Below, one piece after another: positions 63,810 to 64,000 of a DNA stretch of 64,000 nt. Numbering within the stretch: the first letter of the stretch is position 1; every line of letters begins with the position of its first letter. The notes below the pieces were generated by a model that was not told the origin of the DNA, made no database searches, and worked only from the letters and a program-made list of their open reading frames with translations. Made by a program: the position numbers and the translations under genes. Source of the stretch: Basidiobolus meristosporus CBS 931.73 (lineage: Eukaryota; Fungi; Basidiobolomycota); contig MCFE01000129.1 in the NCBI GenBank assembly GCA_002104905.1, forward strand, positions 1-64,000. Reading direction: 5' to 3'.

Positions 63810-64000
63810 TAGACTTGTTCCATTGTGCCATTGATCATAGTGCCAGAAAGTGCTGTATATTTTGTTATTAATATGATATTTTAGGGTCATATGCATGTCA
63901 ATTTTGATCCCAAATTGGCACTGTATGGCGCCATCTGGCACTATGTTGCATGATCAGGCACCATCTGGCATGCTATGGCACTATTGGGCACTATGATCAG
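63810..64000. mobile_element. Terminus of another Harbinger-like copy (H4), running off the window
   Basis: TAGACTTGTTCCATTGTGCCAT resembles the reverse complement of the H3 right end. Dense TGGCACTAT-type repeats follow. Confidence 0.72.

Noticed and set aside
1-64000. Prokaryotic origin, CRISPR array, rRNA or prophage
   Set aside because: Spliceosomal introns and LTR elements show eukaryotic DNA. There is no repeat-spacer periodicity or rRNA-like sequence, and the short tandem repeats lack unique spacers.

Overview
Eukaryotic, very likely fungal, repeat-rich DNA. The evidence is short GT-AG introns with CTAAC branch sites and a primer site matching fungal tRNA-iMet; an early-diverging lineage is an inference. 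A ~12 kb CpG-rich island (~4.1-16.3 kb) holds two apparent host genes: an intact but catalytically degenerate IS630/Tc1-type transposase-derived gene (7036-8076, -) and a multi-exon C2-domain class 3 lipase (11509-14527, -). Very old Ty3/gypsy pol relics surround them. The rest is CpG-depleted nested transposons. (i) A compact ~4.7 kb Ty1/copia family with a half-tRNA (Hemivirus-type) PBS: two near-complete + copies, one interrupted - copy and fragments. (ii) Several copies of a CACTA-like (Transposase_21) element with a divergently transcribed accessory gene. (iii) A DDE_Tnp_4 (PIF/Harbinger/ISL2EU-like) element with TAGACTTGTT ends, TGGCACTAT subterminal repeats and two extra ORFs. (iv) Solo LTRs of at least three other families, one with 4-bp CpG-centred target duplications. 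All alignments and counts were done by eye; element boundaries without a TSD are approximate.
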